This document shows, one piece after another, positions 11,886-23,080 of a DNA stretch of 47,036 bases. The translations under genes were made by a program, and so were the position numbers. The stretch covers positions 61,129 through 108,164 of the forward strand of contig JAAOMT010000008.1 of the NCBI GenBank assembly GCA_016748015.1, in the 5' to 3' direction. Source of the stretch: Geosiphon pyriformis uo1. Its lineage: Eukaryota > Fungi > Glomeromycota. Position 1 is the stretch's first letter. Each line of letters opens with the position of its first letter. A model generated the notes under the pieces. It did not search any database. It had not been told where the DNA came from and saw only the letters and a list, made by a program, of their open reading frames with translations.

Positions 11886-13866
11886 TATTACTAAAAAAAA
11901 ATTTGTTAATATTTACAGGCAAAAATTAACTGTCTGTTAGGCTGAGCAATAAACACAAAAAAAATTGGAAAACAAATATATCAAAAATTATTAACATATT
12001 TATCAAAAACTACCACCTGAGCTATAGCTAAAATTTTTTGTATAATTGACAGAGAAATCAAAAAATACATGACACAATAGTTTTCTTAAATAAAATAAAG
12101 ACAATTAGCAAAGCTCAACTTCGCAGAATCTGAATTTGAATCTGATAATACAATAGTTGCACAAGAACAATCCCGATTTATGATTAGCAAAAAATCAAGA
12201 TTCCTTTTGCTAAACACTTTGTTATATTATCAGACACCAGAAAGTAGAATTCTATTCAACCAATCCATAGAAAAACAAACAAAAACTTCAAAAACTCCTG
12301 AAACTCTGTACTTTTGGGTTTATAATAATAATCTTTGGACAAAATTTCTAAGAGAATATAAATTTTTATTTAAGAATTTTACTTTAATAGCCAACCAATC
12401 TGGCAGAACCACATCTTCTTGAGTATTACCACTAACACAGCTCCTAACAGAGTTAGCAACCATCTCTATAAAAGAAACAGCCATTTTGCTACTCATTGGT
12501 CTTAACAAAAGAAAACAACCAGTATTAGCACTCAGAGAACAATATAGTATCTTACCATCAATCCCTTCAGCTTCAACCAATAAACTGTTTTTAGTTAATT
12601 AGAACATGGCTTACTAAGATATTGCTGGCTTGAAAAATTTAATGGAAAGAAAAATAATGCATATTTTTGGATTATAGAAACTAAAAAAATAATCACCATC
12701 AACAATTGAGATAATAACAAAACAATTCAAGTGTTGTTTTTTTTTCTGACAGGAATAGCAGATTTGTGGTACCAAAGTCTTGAAGAGAAACCAACTGACT
12801 TTGCTGCTTTCAAACTTGTTTTTTTGCAATATTTTTGCGACCCTAATATACTCATTAGATTACAAAATCAGTTTAGCATAGTAAAACAAAAAGATCATAA
12901 AGCTGTAACTACTTATCTTAAACAATTTAACCAAATTTTTTAACAGATTCAGGCAATTAAAAGGAACTATTACACATCTAGACAAATTCTTAATTAATTT
13001 ATTAAAAAATTAAAAAATAACATTCTATAATCAGTAAGACCCCAGTATCCAACAAACTTACAAAAAATAGTCCTCCTTATTCATAACTTTGAATTAGCAG
13101 AACAAAAAGCCAACCACATTTAAACTTTAATTTGGCCATCAATAGAACCCCTGATATCAATAAAAGCTTATTTAATTAAGTGAAAAATTAACTCAGAAAA
13201 TTGAGGAATTTTTAACCAATACTACAGAAACCTATTAGCTGTCCCAATAAAAAAACAATAACAACAACAAATACTAACTGCAACAAACTTATTAGTAACA
13301 ACAACTCTCAAAATCAGATCCCTACAACTGTTACTACTGTCAAAATTCCAGACATATTGCCTAAGATTGCTAAAAAAAGTAATAAACTAAAACAAAAAAA
13401 ATTAATATTACCAACAACCAAGATATTTTCAAGCCATAAGATCACAACACTCAGCTCTTTAATATCAACTGTCATAACAAATGCTCCAAAATTACAATTA
13501 GTCATTACCAGCAATAACTTAGCTAATACCTCAGTACCAAAACTCTATATATAGTTAACTGAAACTACAAGCAATTGACTACAATTAAAGATAGCAAAAA
13601 ATCAGTAAAAATCAACTACAACCTATTAGTAAGCCATTCCAACCAATTAATTGTGACAACACAACACTTCAACCAATCAATTATGACAACACAATACTTT
13701 GATTAACACCCACCAGATATTCCAATCAAGTCTCATATCTTAGTCTTACAGAAACTCCAAATTTTGATAATGCTATATCTTTAAAAAAGAAAGATGTAAG
13801 CAAATTTCTTAAACTTTCAACTCTAAAAACTATCTTGACTACTATTACTATTCTATTTGTTACCAT
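11886..13866 (+). pseudogene. gag: LTR-0 gag (remainder of N-terminal domain, capsid from ATG 12606, CCHC knuckle 13329-13370)
   Basis: FFLTGIADLWYQSL..FAAFKLVFLQYF..KQKDHKAVTTYL; knuckle CYYCQNSRHIA*DC fits CX2CX4HX4C. Confidence 0.85.
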
Positions 13867-14663
13867 TGTTACTTATAGAACATAGGAAGTATATTAGCAT
13901 ATAAATTAACCAATCAGTAATAGTTGTAGTAAATGTAGAATTCCAGGATTCTTCTCAAGAAGAATTGCAGAATTCTAAGAATTTCAGGATTCTTGGTGTG
14001 AAGAATTAAAGAATTGAGGAATCTCAATTATGTATATATAGCAGTAGTGCTAAAGATAGAAAAAACAGAATCTTTTAGTTAAAGACCTCTCAGTTTAGAT
14101 TTAATCTAAGCAGCCTTTCACATTACAAATATTAATAAATAATTATTCACTATCACAAATCCACTTCCCACTATCAACATTTTATGTTGACAATAATTAA
14201 TACTTAACAACACTGAAATAATAGCTCTTGATTATGGCTATTGACAGGATACTAACATTCATTGCCATAGCTTATTTCTCTTTTATTTTGTTATTTCTTT
14301 GTTTTACTAATTAATTGAAGATTAAGCACTAAGTTATTGATGTCAAAGATAGTCTGGTAAAAGACCCCAAAAGAAAGGTATAGGAATTGAGAATTTAAGG
14401 ATAACTTACCAGAAGGGCATCTCTGTCAAGATTACTAGCCACCACACTAAGAAAAAAATTTGACGGAATTGCGATTCCAGGAGGCTACTAAAAACAACTA
14501 TTAAATCTCTGTTCATTATACTAGGAACTCCACAACAAACTATTAGATACCCAAAACATTAAGATACAAACAACCTACAGATATTAACAACATCATTCAT
14601 CAATTGAGCACCAAGTTATGGGTTTGTTATTTGATTTGAGATCCCAAATAATCATTTGTAATA
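13867..14663 (+). repeat. 5' LTR of LTR-B (797 bp)
   Basis: Direct repeat of 23081-23619 + 24425-24683; TATATATA at ~14033. Confidence 0.95.
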
Positions 14664-14665
14664 TT

Positions 14666-14682
14666 TAGTGCTCTCTGTGAGG
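14666..14682 (+). promoter_or_regulatory. Primer-binding site of LTR-B
   Basis: T(A/G)GTGCTCTCTGTGAGG two nt after the LTR end. Confidence 0.8.
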
Positions 14683-14725
14683 TATAATTCTACAGAGAAC
14701 AGCACCAACTACACCTATCCCAAAA

Positions 14726-16500
14726 GTGGCAGAATTAGAAAAAATAAGAGCAAACCATTTAGGATTTGCAAAATTTTTGTTTCAACAGTACAGCCAACAA
14801 TTAGGATTAAACAATAACCACTTTCCAGCAAAATTAGCCTTCAACTTCTATGTCAATGACAAAATCACAGACTGTTTAGGAAAAACAGTTAACATTGAAT
14901 TCGCAAAAAAAAATTTCTATACAGAATTATTCTAACATACCAGCTTATCAAAAAACTACAGTTTTGCACCAATCATTAGGGAAATAAACCAAACTATTAA
15001 AAGATATACACAACAACAATTCCCAATCACATATGCAGACAAAGGCAAAAGAAGATTGCAAACACTAGCAGTAACACCAAAACAAATACAACCACCCACT
15101 TGGAAAAAAACCAGAGTTAAATTACCAACCAATCCATCATACTATTATACACCAGAAAGTGCCATTAACATTTTATCAACAGGCGTGTCCACATCAAACA
15201 CAACATTAACATTTGGACAACTTCCATTTCAAAGTAAACAAAAGAAGGCAGAATTACTAAGAATTTATGGCAATTATTTTGAAAGATTTAAATCACAATT
15301 GCCAATGTCATCAGAATTCCGATTACCACCATCTCAACCAGATTTCAGAAACATAAGTCTTTAGAAAATAATGGAATCAGAAGAAGAGGAAGAAAAAGAA
15401 GCCAAAGATCAAGAATTTACTTACCAAAAACCAATTTTGGAAAACTCAGACATTGAAACCCCAAACTTTCAAACTCAGCAAAATCCAAATTTAGAAAATT
15501 CAGAAACTGAAACTCCAAACTTTCAAACTTCTCAAAATCTGAACAATACAAATCCTAAAACAATTAATTAGCAAAACTTACCTCCAGTACTCATCATTGA
15601 TTAACCACCAATTGAACCGATTATTGAACTGATTCAACAGCTGCCATTTTAACCACCCCAACAACTACAACAGCCACTTTAACAGCTGTAACAACAACTT
15701 CAACAACCAAACTTGGATCTAATGATCTACACCCCAATAGCAAAATTTGAGAAATTCACAGGAAAAAATGATGACACACAAATATGGCTCAACAACATTG
15801 AAAAAGCCATCACGGCCAACAGATGGAATGATGTGAGAGCCCTATAGACCATCTCATATTTCTTACAGAATACTGTCAACTCATGATATCAAAGTTTAAC
15901 CATTAAACTACAAACATTCTAGGAATTTAAAATTGCATTCTTGGGATATTTCAGTAATAATAACAGTATTAATTGCCTAGCCAACACCTTCACCACCATC
16001 AAACAAGGAGAAAATAAAGCAGTTACTACTTACTTAAAACACTTTCACAGAAATCTGCATCAAATCCAGACCATACAGGCTGATTATTTTACAGTGCCAC
16101 AAATTCTGAATTAATTTATTAGAGGACTGCACAGTAGCATCCTCCAGCACATATGCCTAATACATCCAGCAAATCTTCAAACCACAGTTACAAATGCCAG
16201 AAATTTTGAATTTGAACTCGAAGTAAACTATGCCCAAGCCATAAATCTAGTAATGAATGGATTATCTGAATTGGATTCTAAATTAAAACAATTCAGTAAT
16301 TTAATCAATCAGAAATTAGAAGGGTACTTAGCTAACAATCATGCAATTTATCAATCTCTCTAATGATGCAATAATCAAGGAAACTCAAATTGCGCCCAAA
16401 ATCAATCGCATCCAGCATCATCAATTAATCAACCATGGCAACAAGAAACACATGTATGTCATTATTGTAGTAAACAAAAAAATTTGCAATTTGAATGCCA
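14726..16500 (+). pseudogene. gag: LTR-B gag: N-terminal extension (GTG 14726), capsid (ATG 15722) and zinc knuckle (16457-16498)
   Basis: PIAKFEKFTG..QIWLNNIEKAI..W; TIKQGENKAVTTYL; QILN*FIRGL; decayed knuckle CHYCSKQKNLQFEC. Confidence 0.88.
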
Positions 16501-17109
16501 AAAAAAGATAAGTGATCTAAGATCAGCTAATTAGTATTGAAACTCTAATTGTTGACTACAATCACAGAATTACATCAGTAATTAATCATTAGAACAATAT
16601 CAACCGAATTATCTACCTATAACACAACAGTTAATCTATTAACCACCAGTTTATCAGCTGACAATACCCATAATTTATCAACTGCAGTCCCAGCCTATCT
16701 ATTAGCCACAGCCTCAAGTAATCTATCAACCTCAACAAATTCAAATACTGTCATAAAGCTTACCTCAAAATGGAACCCAAAGGCCAAGACTGACCCAACA
16801 GAGCTGGAAATTGTCAATGGTAGTCCATTAACCAATCCCCAATTCCTCGACCCAGCCATCAAGATCTTGACAATAAAATTTGGGCACCAGATACACCCAA
16901 AACCCAAATGCCCAACAGTATTTAAGTCTTTTAGTTACTCCAAAAAACGTCTTATCCAACAACAGGGAGCCTAAACAAAAGCAGCCACTTATCAGCAATA
17001 TTCTACCAACAATCATCTCCAACAACAAATCCCTAGCAGCTATTTTTTTTTTCGAACTTGAGGAAATCACACCAGTTCCATTATTCAATAGAGCTGCTTT
17101 TGACATCAA

Positions 17110-17500
17110 ACTAATTACTGCTATGTATACTGATGCAAAAGTAGATGGTCATGCCATCAAACTAATCTTAGATAATGAATCAGCTGGCAACATCATTACA
17201 TGACAACTCATGGACCAATTAGATCACTGAGTTGATTGTGCTGCCAGTGCACACATAATTACTGCTGATAGAGCAACCAAAACTCCCATTGGCAAGATTG
17301 ATAATCTCCCAATAGAGGTCAATGGCATTATAGTGTCAATCAAAGTATTAATTATGGAAGCCACCCAATATCAAACTCTAGTTGGGAATGATTGGCTGTT
17401 CAAAACCAATGCAATACTTAACTGGACCACCCAAGAGTTGCAAATCAGCCAAAACAGCCAACATATGCAAACACCAGCAATGTGCAGTCATTTTAAGACC
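17110..17500 (+). pseudogene. LTR-B aspartic protease
   Basis: KLILDNESAGNIIT (decayed DSG motif) and LVGNDWL. Confidence 0.85.
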
Positions 17501-17834
17501 ACCAATGTGCCAACACCATTAATAGAACTCGAGAAAGAGATAAGCAAATCTCTTTGAGAAGCCTATCAAGTATTGTGGGCTGATAAAGACCACAACAAAC
17601 TACTACTAATACTTTTCTGAAACAATAACAAAAAAAGAACACAAAAGGAAGAACTTACCTAAAACACAAACCAAACCTGAAAAACTAACAATGGCTCAGA
17701 TGAACTGCCAACTTGGGAATAAGAAAAAACCAACAAAGGGAAAAAAAAAAAAAAAGAAGAAGACCTACCTGAAGAAACCACTGCCACAGAAGAAACAACT
17801 AGTGGCTGGGAAAAAGAGTACTTATGAAAACTAC

Positions 17835-18480
17835 CATACATACCTCTCAAATGCACAGACTGTGGAAAAAAACTTTCTTCCATGAAAGCTTGGGTCATGT
17901 TAGACAAAGATTACTGGACGCGAACCCACTATTACTGCAAGCCATGCCACAGAAAATAGTATGACTATTCAAAGTGATAAGGCAAATAGGACAATGAACC
18001 ATGTCTCACTTGTGAAGAATAATTGCTCAATAAAGGAATGTGGAATGACATTCCTGGTCGAGGAGGAATGTGCAACACTTCATGCCAATACACGATCCTC
18101 ATCAGTGACTGAGTAAGTTGTGGAACACCTGTTACTGCTGCCTGGCACCGAGTGATCTCTTGTTTGGATAGTTATCTACATGATGAAAACAAGATCTAAC
18201 AGATGGCAAACGCCAAAATAGAAGATGCCACACCCAGTGAAATACTAGAAATCAAGAACAATCCCCCAAAACCAGTCAATATTGTATTGGTTCCCAATCC
18301 AAACACTTTCCTAGACCTGAAAACAGGTCCTGAAGAATTCCATAAGCACAATCAAAATTTAGCACCCACTAGAAAAGAACAAGAGCAGCATTTAGAGCAG
18401 TTGAATACTCGATTATATCAACATTGCTTAATTTCCTGTGACTTTCAATATTGTAATGAGTGTGATCTCATTTACAATCT
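17835..18480 (+). pseudogene. LTR-B Cys-rich multi-CxxC domain between protease and dUTPase
   Basis: CTDC...CKPC...CLTC...CNTSC...HCLISCDFQYCNEC; homologues at ~5710-6330 (A) and ~25390-26010 (0). Confidence 0.7.
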
Positions 18481-18699
18481 ACCAACACGCATAATCTACA
18501 CAATTCCAGAAGAAGAAAAACCAATTAGCAGCTGTGCATTGGAAGCAGGATCAACTTTCAATCCTGATTCAAACTCTAACAATAATGACAACAAAAATAA
18601 CGGTTCTAGCTCCATTTAAAATGGCAATGAAAATTATGATAATTTGGACTCCAATTTAAACTCTGAAACATACATCATGCTTCCTAATCTCTCTAAGAA

Positions 18700-19135
18700 G
18701 CAAGAACTTAAATGGTTCAGCAATAACAATGAAGGTATTATGCCAAAACATGTACATGATACTGATGTTGGGTTTGATATGAGATATCCAGAGAAAGATG
18801 CCATCAAATTGGAACCATACTCATAAACATGCATTAATCTCAAAATAGTATTAGAAATCCTAGCAACAACAATGGTTCAACTAGCATTTAGGAGTAGTTT
18901 AATGAAAAAAGGAATTAACATTAGAGAAAGAATAATTAATGCAGAATATGTAGGAAATATTATTGCAATGTTACAAAATAATTCAAAAAAAGTCTATGTT
19001 ATAGAGCCAAACAAAAAAATAGCACAGACAATATTCCTGCCTCTGGTAAAAATAGCTCATTAGTATCAGTAAAAAACAGAGAAGAGTTAGGAATTATGGC
19101 TAGAGGGATACAAGGATTCGAATCAACAAGTAGAA
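18700..19135 (+). pseudogene. dut: LTR-B trimeric dUTPase domain
   Basis: All five motifs in order: DVGFDM, RSSL, IINAEYVGNI, KIAQ, RGIQGFEST. Confidence 0.92.
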
Positions 19136-19611
19136 TAAATATACCAGTTATTATGGCAAAGAAAAAAATTATTGACAAGGGAGAAATTATCTCCACCTGT
19201 CAACTAATTTCTATTTCACCATATAACCAGTACATGGTAGTCATAAAAAGAAAAATGAAGGATCAGGTTCAGATTTTTAAGGCAGAAGCAACACTTTGCA
19301 AATCAGGAGAAATTGGTTTGGTCAACTTACACATATCAGCAAAGAATTATAGTTATCTCAAAATTCCTATTTACAACAACACCAAAGATATTATTGAGAT
19401 ACTAGCAGAAACCATCATCAGATACTTAATCACAAAAATTGAAGACCAACTTCCAGACACCATTTCAGACTTTCCACAACTGTGCAAATATGTAAACATT
19501 ACATCACAAACAATATATAGACGAGAAAAATGTTATCTGCTTCAACCAGAACAGTTGGAACAGATGAACATGAGAAACTTGAACCCACTTCAATGTATGT
19601 AGCTCAAGATA

Positions 19612-22366
19612 TTGCTCAACAACTTTAATGACATCTTTGCCAGCAAAAATAAATTTGGCAGAACTAACATTATCCAACACCAGATTAAAACTGGAGATGC
19701 AATGCCAATCAAACAAAGAGCATACAGAGTACCACTAGCCAGCCATGAGATTATTTATCAAGAAATCAATCGGATGCTTGACAACAGGTTAATTCAACTA
19801 TCAATGAGTTCATGGTTATTACCAGTAGTACTAATCCAAAAAAAGAATGGGAAAATCCACTTTTATGTGGATTACTGGAAACTGAATGGAATAACCAAAG
19901 ATAATAGCTACCCAACTCCAAAAATTCAAGAGCTGTTTGACGCTTTTGGAAGGAAAAAATGGTTCTCAACTTTAAACTTAGACAGTGATTATTGGCAAGT
20001 AGCCATAAAACCAGAAGACAAAGAGAAAACAGCTTTTATAACTTGGAAAGAAAACTTTGAATTTGAAATAATGCCATTTGGCTTGATGAATGTACCAACA
20101 ACATTCCAATGGCTAATGGGAATTGTATATACTAAGCTACTATGGAAATCAGTAGTTGTATATTTGGATGACACCAATGTATTTTCAAAAACATTTAATG
20201 ATCATCTGTATCATCTCCAACAAGTGTTTGAAAAATTAAAAAGAGCCAGACTAAAGCTAAATGTGACTAAATGTTTCTTTTAAAAAACTGAACTCAAGTT
20301 TTTGGAACATGTTGTAAGCAAAGATGGAATCGAAACAGATTCAGACAAAATTAAAACTGTCAAGAACTTTTCAATACCAAATAATCTTACAAAATTGAGA
20401 GCATTTTTAAGATTTGTGGAATATTACCACCACTTTATCAAGAACTTTTCCAAAATAGCTCAATCACTATACCAACTCCAAACAAAAAACACCAAATATG
20501 AATGGACAGGAATTCAACAAGAAGCTTTTAATACATTAAGAAGAAAGCTTATTTAAGCTCCAGTACTAATCTATTCAGATTATAGCAAGCTATTTATAAT
20601 CACAACTAATGCATTTAGTCAAACATTGGAAGCAGTATTATCTCAGAAAGGACTTGATAGATAAGAACACCCAGTAGCTTATGCCAGTAGAAGCTTAAGC
20701 CCAGCTAAAAAGAACTATGAAACTCCAGTACTGGAACACTTAGCCATCTATTAAGCTGTTATCAAGTGAAAAGAATACTTAAGTCAAAAGTTTGAGGTGT
20801 ACACTGATCACAAAAAATTGACTTCAATTCAGAAGCAAAAATTTGGAGATGACCACCATGCCAAATAAAAAATAGAACTTTCACCATTCAATTATACAGT
20901 ATATTATAAAAAAGGAAAAGACAATGGAAATACAGACAGTTTGTTGCAAATAAGACAAATCTAAAAAAACATTTTAACCCAAAAATATAATAAAAGATGA
21001 ATATACAAAAATACCAACAACTTTAACATTATATAAATACCCAATTGTTCAAGGAAAAATTATCTCAAAAAGAACAAAACAACATAAAACAACAATCAAA
21101 ATATTTTATCAATCATCAAAATATACTTTACTGGAAAAACAGAAGAAATTCAGACCAGCCAAGAATAATTACAGAACTGGAAAAAGAGACAATATTGTTT
21201 AACATGTACTCAGATTCAACAGCAGAACATTTTCATAAAGAAACAATCATAGAAAGAACTAGGAAAAGATACTATTGGCCATCAATGTATTCAGACATCA
21301 TCCAGTATGTTCAAAACTGTGATGCTTGTCAGAGAAGAAGAGGAACAAAACCCAGTGAATCATTAAGACCAATCAAAGTAGAACAACCATTCAATCACAT
21401 TGGAATTGACTTAGTCAGATCATTAACAATCACCAGCAAAGGCAACAGATATATTGCAGTAGCCATGAACTATCTCACTAAATGACCAGAAGCAAAAGCC
21501 AAAGAGCAGATGCAGAATCCATTGCTAAATTCGTTTATTAAGATCTGATTTGTTGACACAGATGTCCAAAAGAATTATTATCTGATTAAGGAACTCACTT
21601 TGTAAATAGAACATTAGCAGAATTAAGTCAAAAATTTGGAATAAAAAGACCATTATCATCACCATACTATTCACAAACAAATGGGTTAGTCAAAAAGTTC
21701 AACAGAACACTGTATAAAGCAATAGCCAAAATCAGCCAAGAAAACCAAAACGAATAGCATTTAATCATACCATCAGTATTATTTACATATCAAACAATAA
21801 AACAAGACACTACACAAACAACACTATTTGAATAAGTATATGGTAGAACAGCAACATTACCAGTTGAGATAGAAGTCAAAACATATCCAACAGAACCAAT
21901 AAAAAAAGAGAATTTTCAAAGAACATTGTTAAGAAGAACATATGACTTAATAGAAATATTAGAAAACAAACAGCAAAAAGCAGTTAATAACATCCAAAAG
22001 TCACAAGAGAAACAAAAAGAAAGACATAATAACCAACTATCAGATAAACCAGTTGAATTCAAAATTGGAGACAAAGTATTTCTACATTGTATTAAGATAA
22101 AAAAACAATGAAGTGGAAAATTTGACCCCAAATGAGATAAACCATTTCATATAAAAAAAATTCTTGGAAATGAAGCTTATAAATTAAGATAAAACAACAA
22201 AATCTTAGCCAAAGCAGTACATGGTGATTGACTAAAACCATATTACCATATAGTATCACCATCTATTAGTAATATTCCACAATTAGGAATACAGAGAATA
22301 CTAGTCCAATCAGATGAGATTCCACAAGATCTGGAACCAATTATAATCATTGAACCAAACACATAA
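19612..22366 (+). pseudogene. pol: LTR-B reverse transcriptase, RNase H and integrase
   Basis: YLDD at 20161-20172 and MPFGLMNVPTTFQ. RH shows PVAYASRSL. IN shows H..YYWPSM..CDACQ, IGIDLV, LLSD*GTHF, NGLVKKFNRT and a decayed WxGPF. No chromodomain is seen. Confidence 0.95.
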
Positions 22367-22396
22367 AATTGAACAATAAAAAGAGTATATAAAGAC

Positions 22397-23065
22397 ATGG
22401 TAGATATAACAAAAGACTTCAGAAAAATGAAAATCACTAACAATATTCACTCACTAGCACAACAACTCTTCCAACTAATTCAACAACAGAATATAGAAAT
22501 TACTATCAATCAACAAACCATTCGATACTGAGATACCAGAAAAATACCCAAATACAAAAGTCAAAGAAAAACAGAAAACACTATCAACAAAATAGTTCTG
22601 AAGATAAAATTAGCAATAAAAAAACCAACAAGTATCACCACATATCAAGAGTTAACCAAAGAAACTTGAAAATGGTGGATACATGAATTTTTAAGAAACT
22701 TTTGCTATTTCCACTTGGAATGACACTTGAATATTCAAAACCTATACATAGATAAAACAAAGCAATTATTTGACACAACAATATTGCAACAACTAAAACA
22801 GTTTGTGAGAAAAAACAATTTGACTACACAAACAAGAGCCATATATTGGCTATATATGAGATTCTAAGACAGACCAAAAATTCTACTTAATCCAGAAATA
22901 GACTCCATTACAGTTAACAAAATGGGAAAATTAACCAATATTCAATTTGAAAAATTACAGAACAAAATAACCCAAATAATTCTTGAAAAAGAAGTTCAAG
23001 AAATACTCAAAGACAGAGAATTAGAATTAGAAGATTTGAAAGATCTTGATGGAGCTCAATATTAA
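22397..23065 (+). pseudogene. LTR-B extra 3' ORF (ORF3, ~220 codons) of unknown function
   Basis: ATG 31 nt after the pol stop: MVDITKDFRKMK...FCYFHL...TRAIYWLYMRF.DRPKILLNPEIDSITVNKMGKLTNIQFEKL...DGAQY*, with the stop abutting the PPT. Confidence 0.75.
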
Positions 23066-23080
23066 AAAAAAAGAGAATAA

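Noticed and set aside
13862-13866. 5-bp TSD ACCAT for LTR-B
   Set aside because: The extra A on the right is the terminal A of the LTR's CA end; C confirms a 4-bp TSD.
14250-14275. TACTAAC plus CATAG as an intron branch point and acceptor in the B LTR
   Set aside because: The AG is GG in the 3' LTR, TACTAAC is TACTAAT in D and 0, and no donor site was identified.
14606-14707. GAGCACCA motifs as tRNA genes
   Set aside because: Only 8-16 nt resemble a tRNA 3' end; there is no cloverleaf or A/B box.
22130-22366. Chromodomain at the integrase C-terminus
   Set aside because: After the GPF/SH3-like region only a short P/I/E-rich tail follows, with no YLVKW-type motif in A or B.
3362-22443. Numerous short minus-strand hydrophobic ORFs over the gypsy elements
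   Set aside because: They are antisense shadows of A/C-rich sense sequence, with no motifs and no conservation between families.
22397-23065. ORF3 as an envelope glycoprotein
   Set aside because: It is too short and shows no visible signal peptide, furin site or transmembrane anchor.
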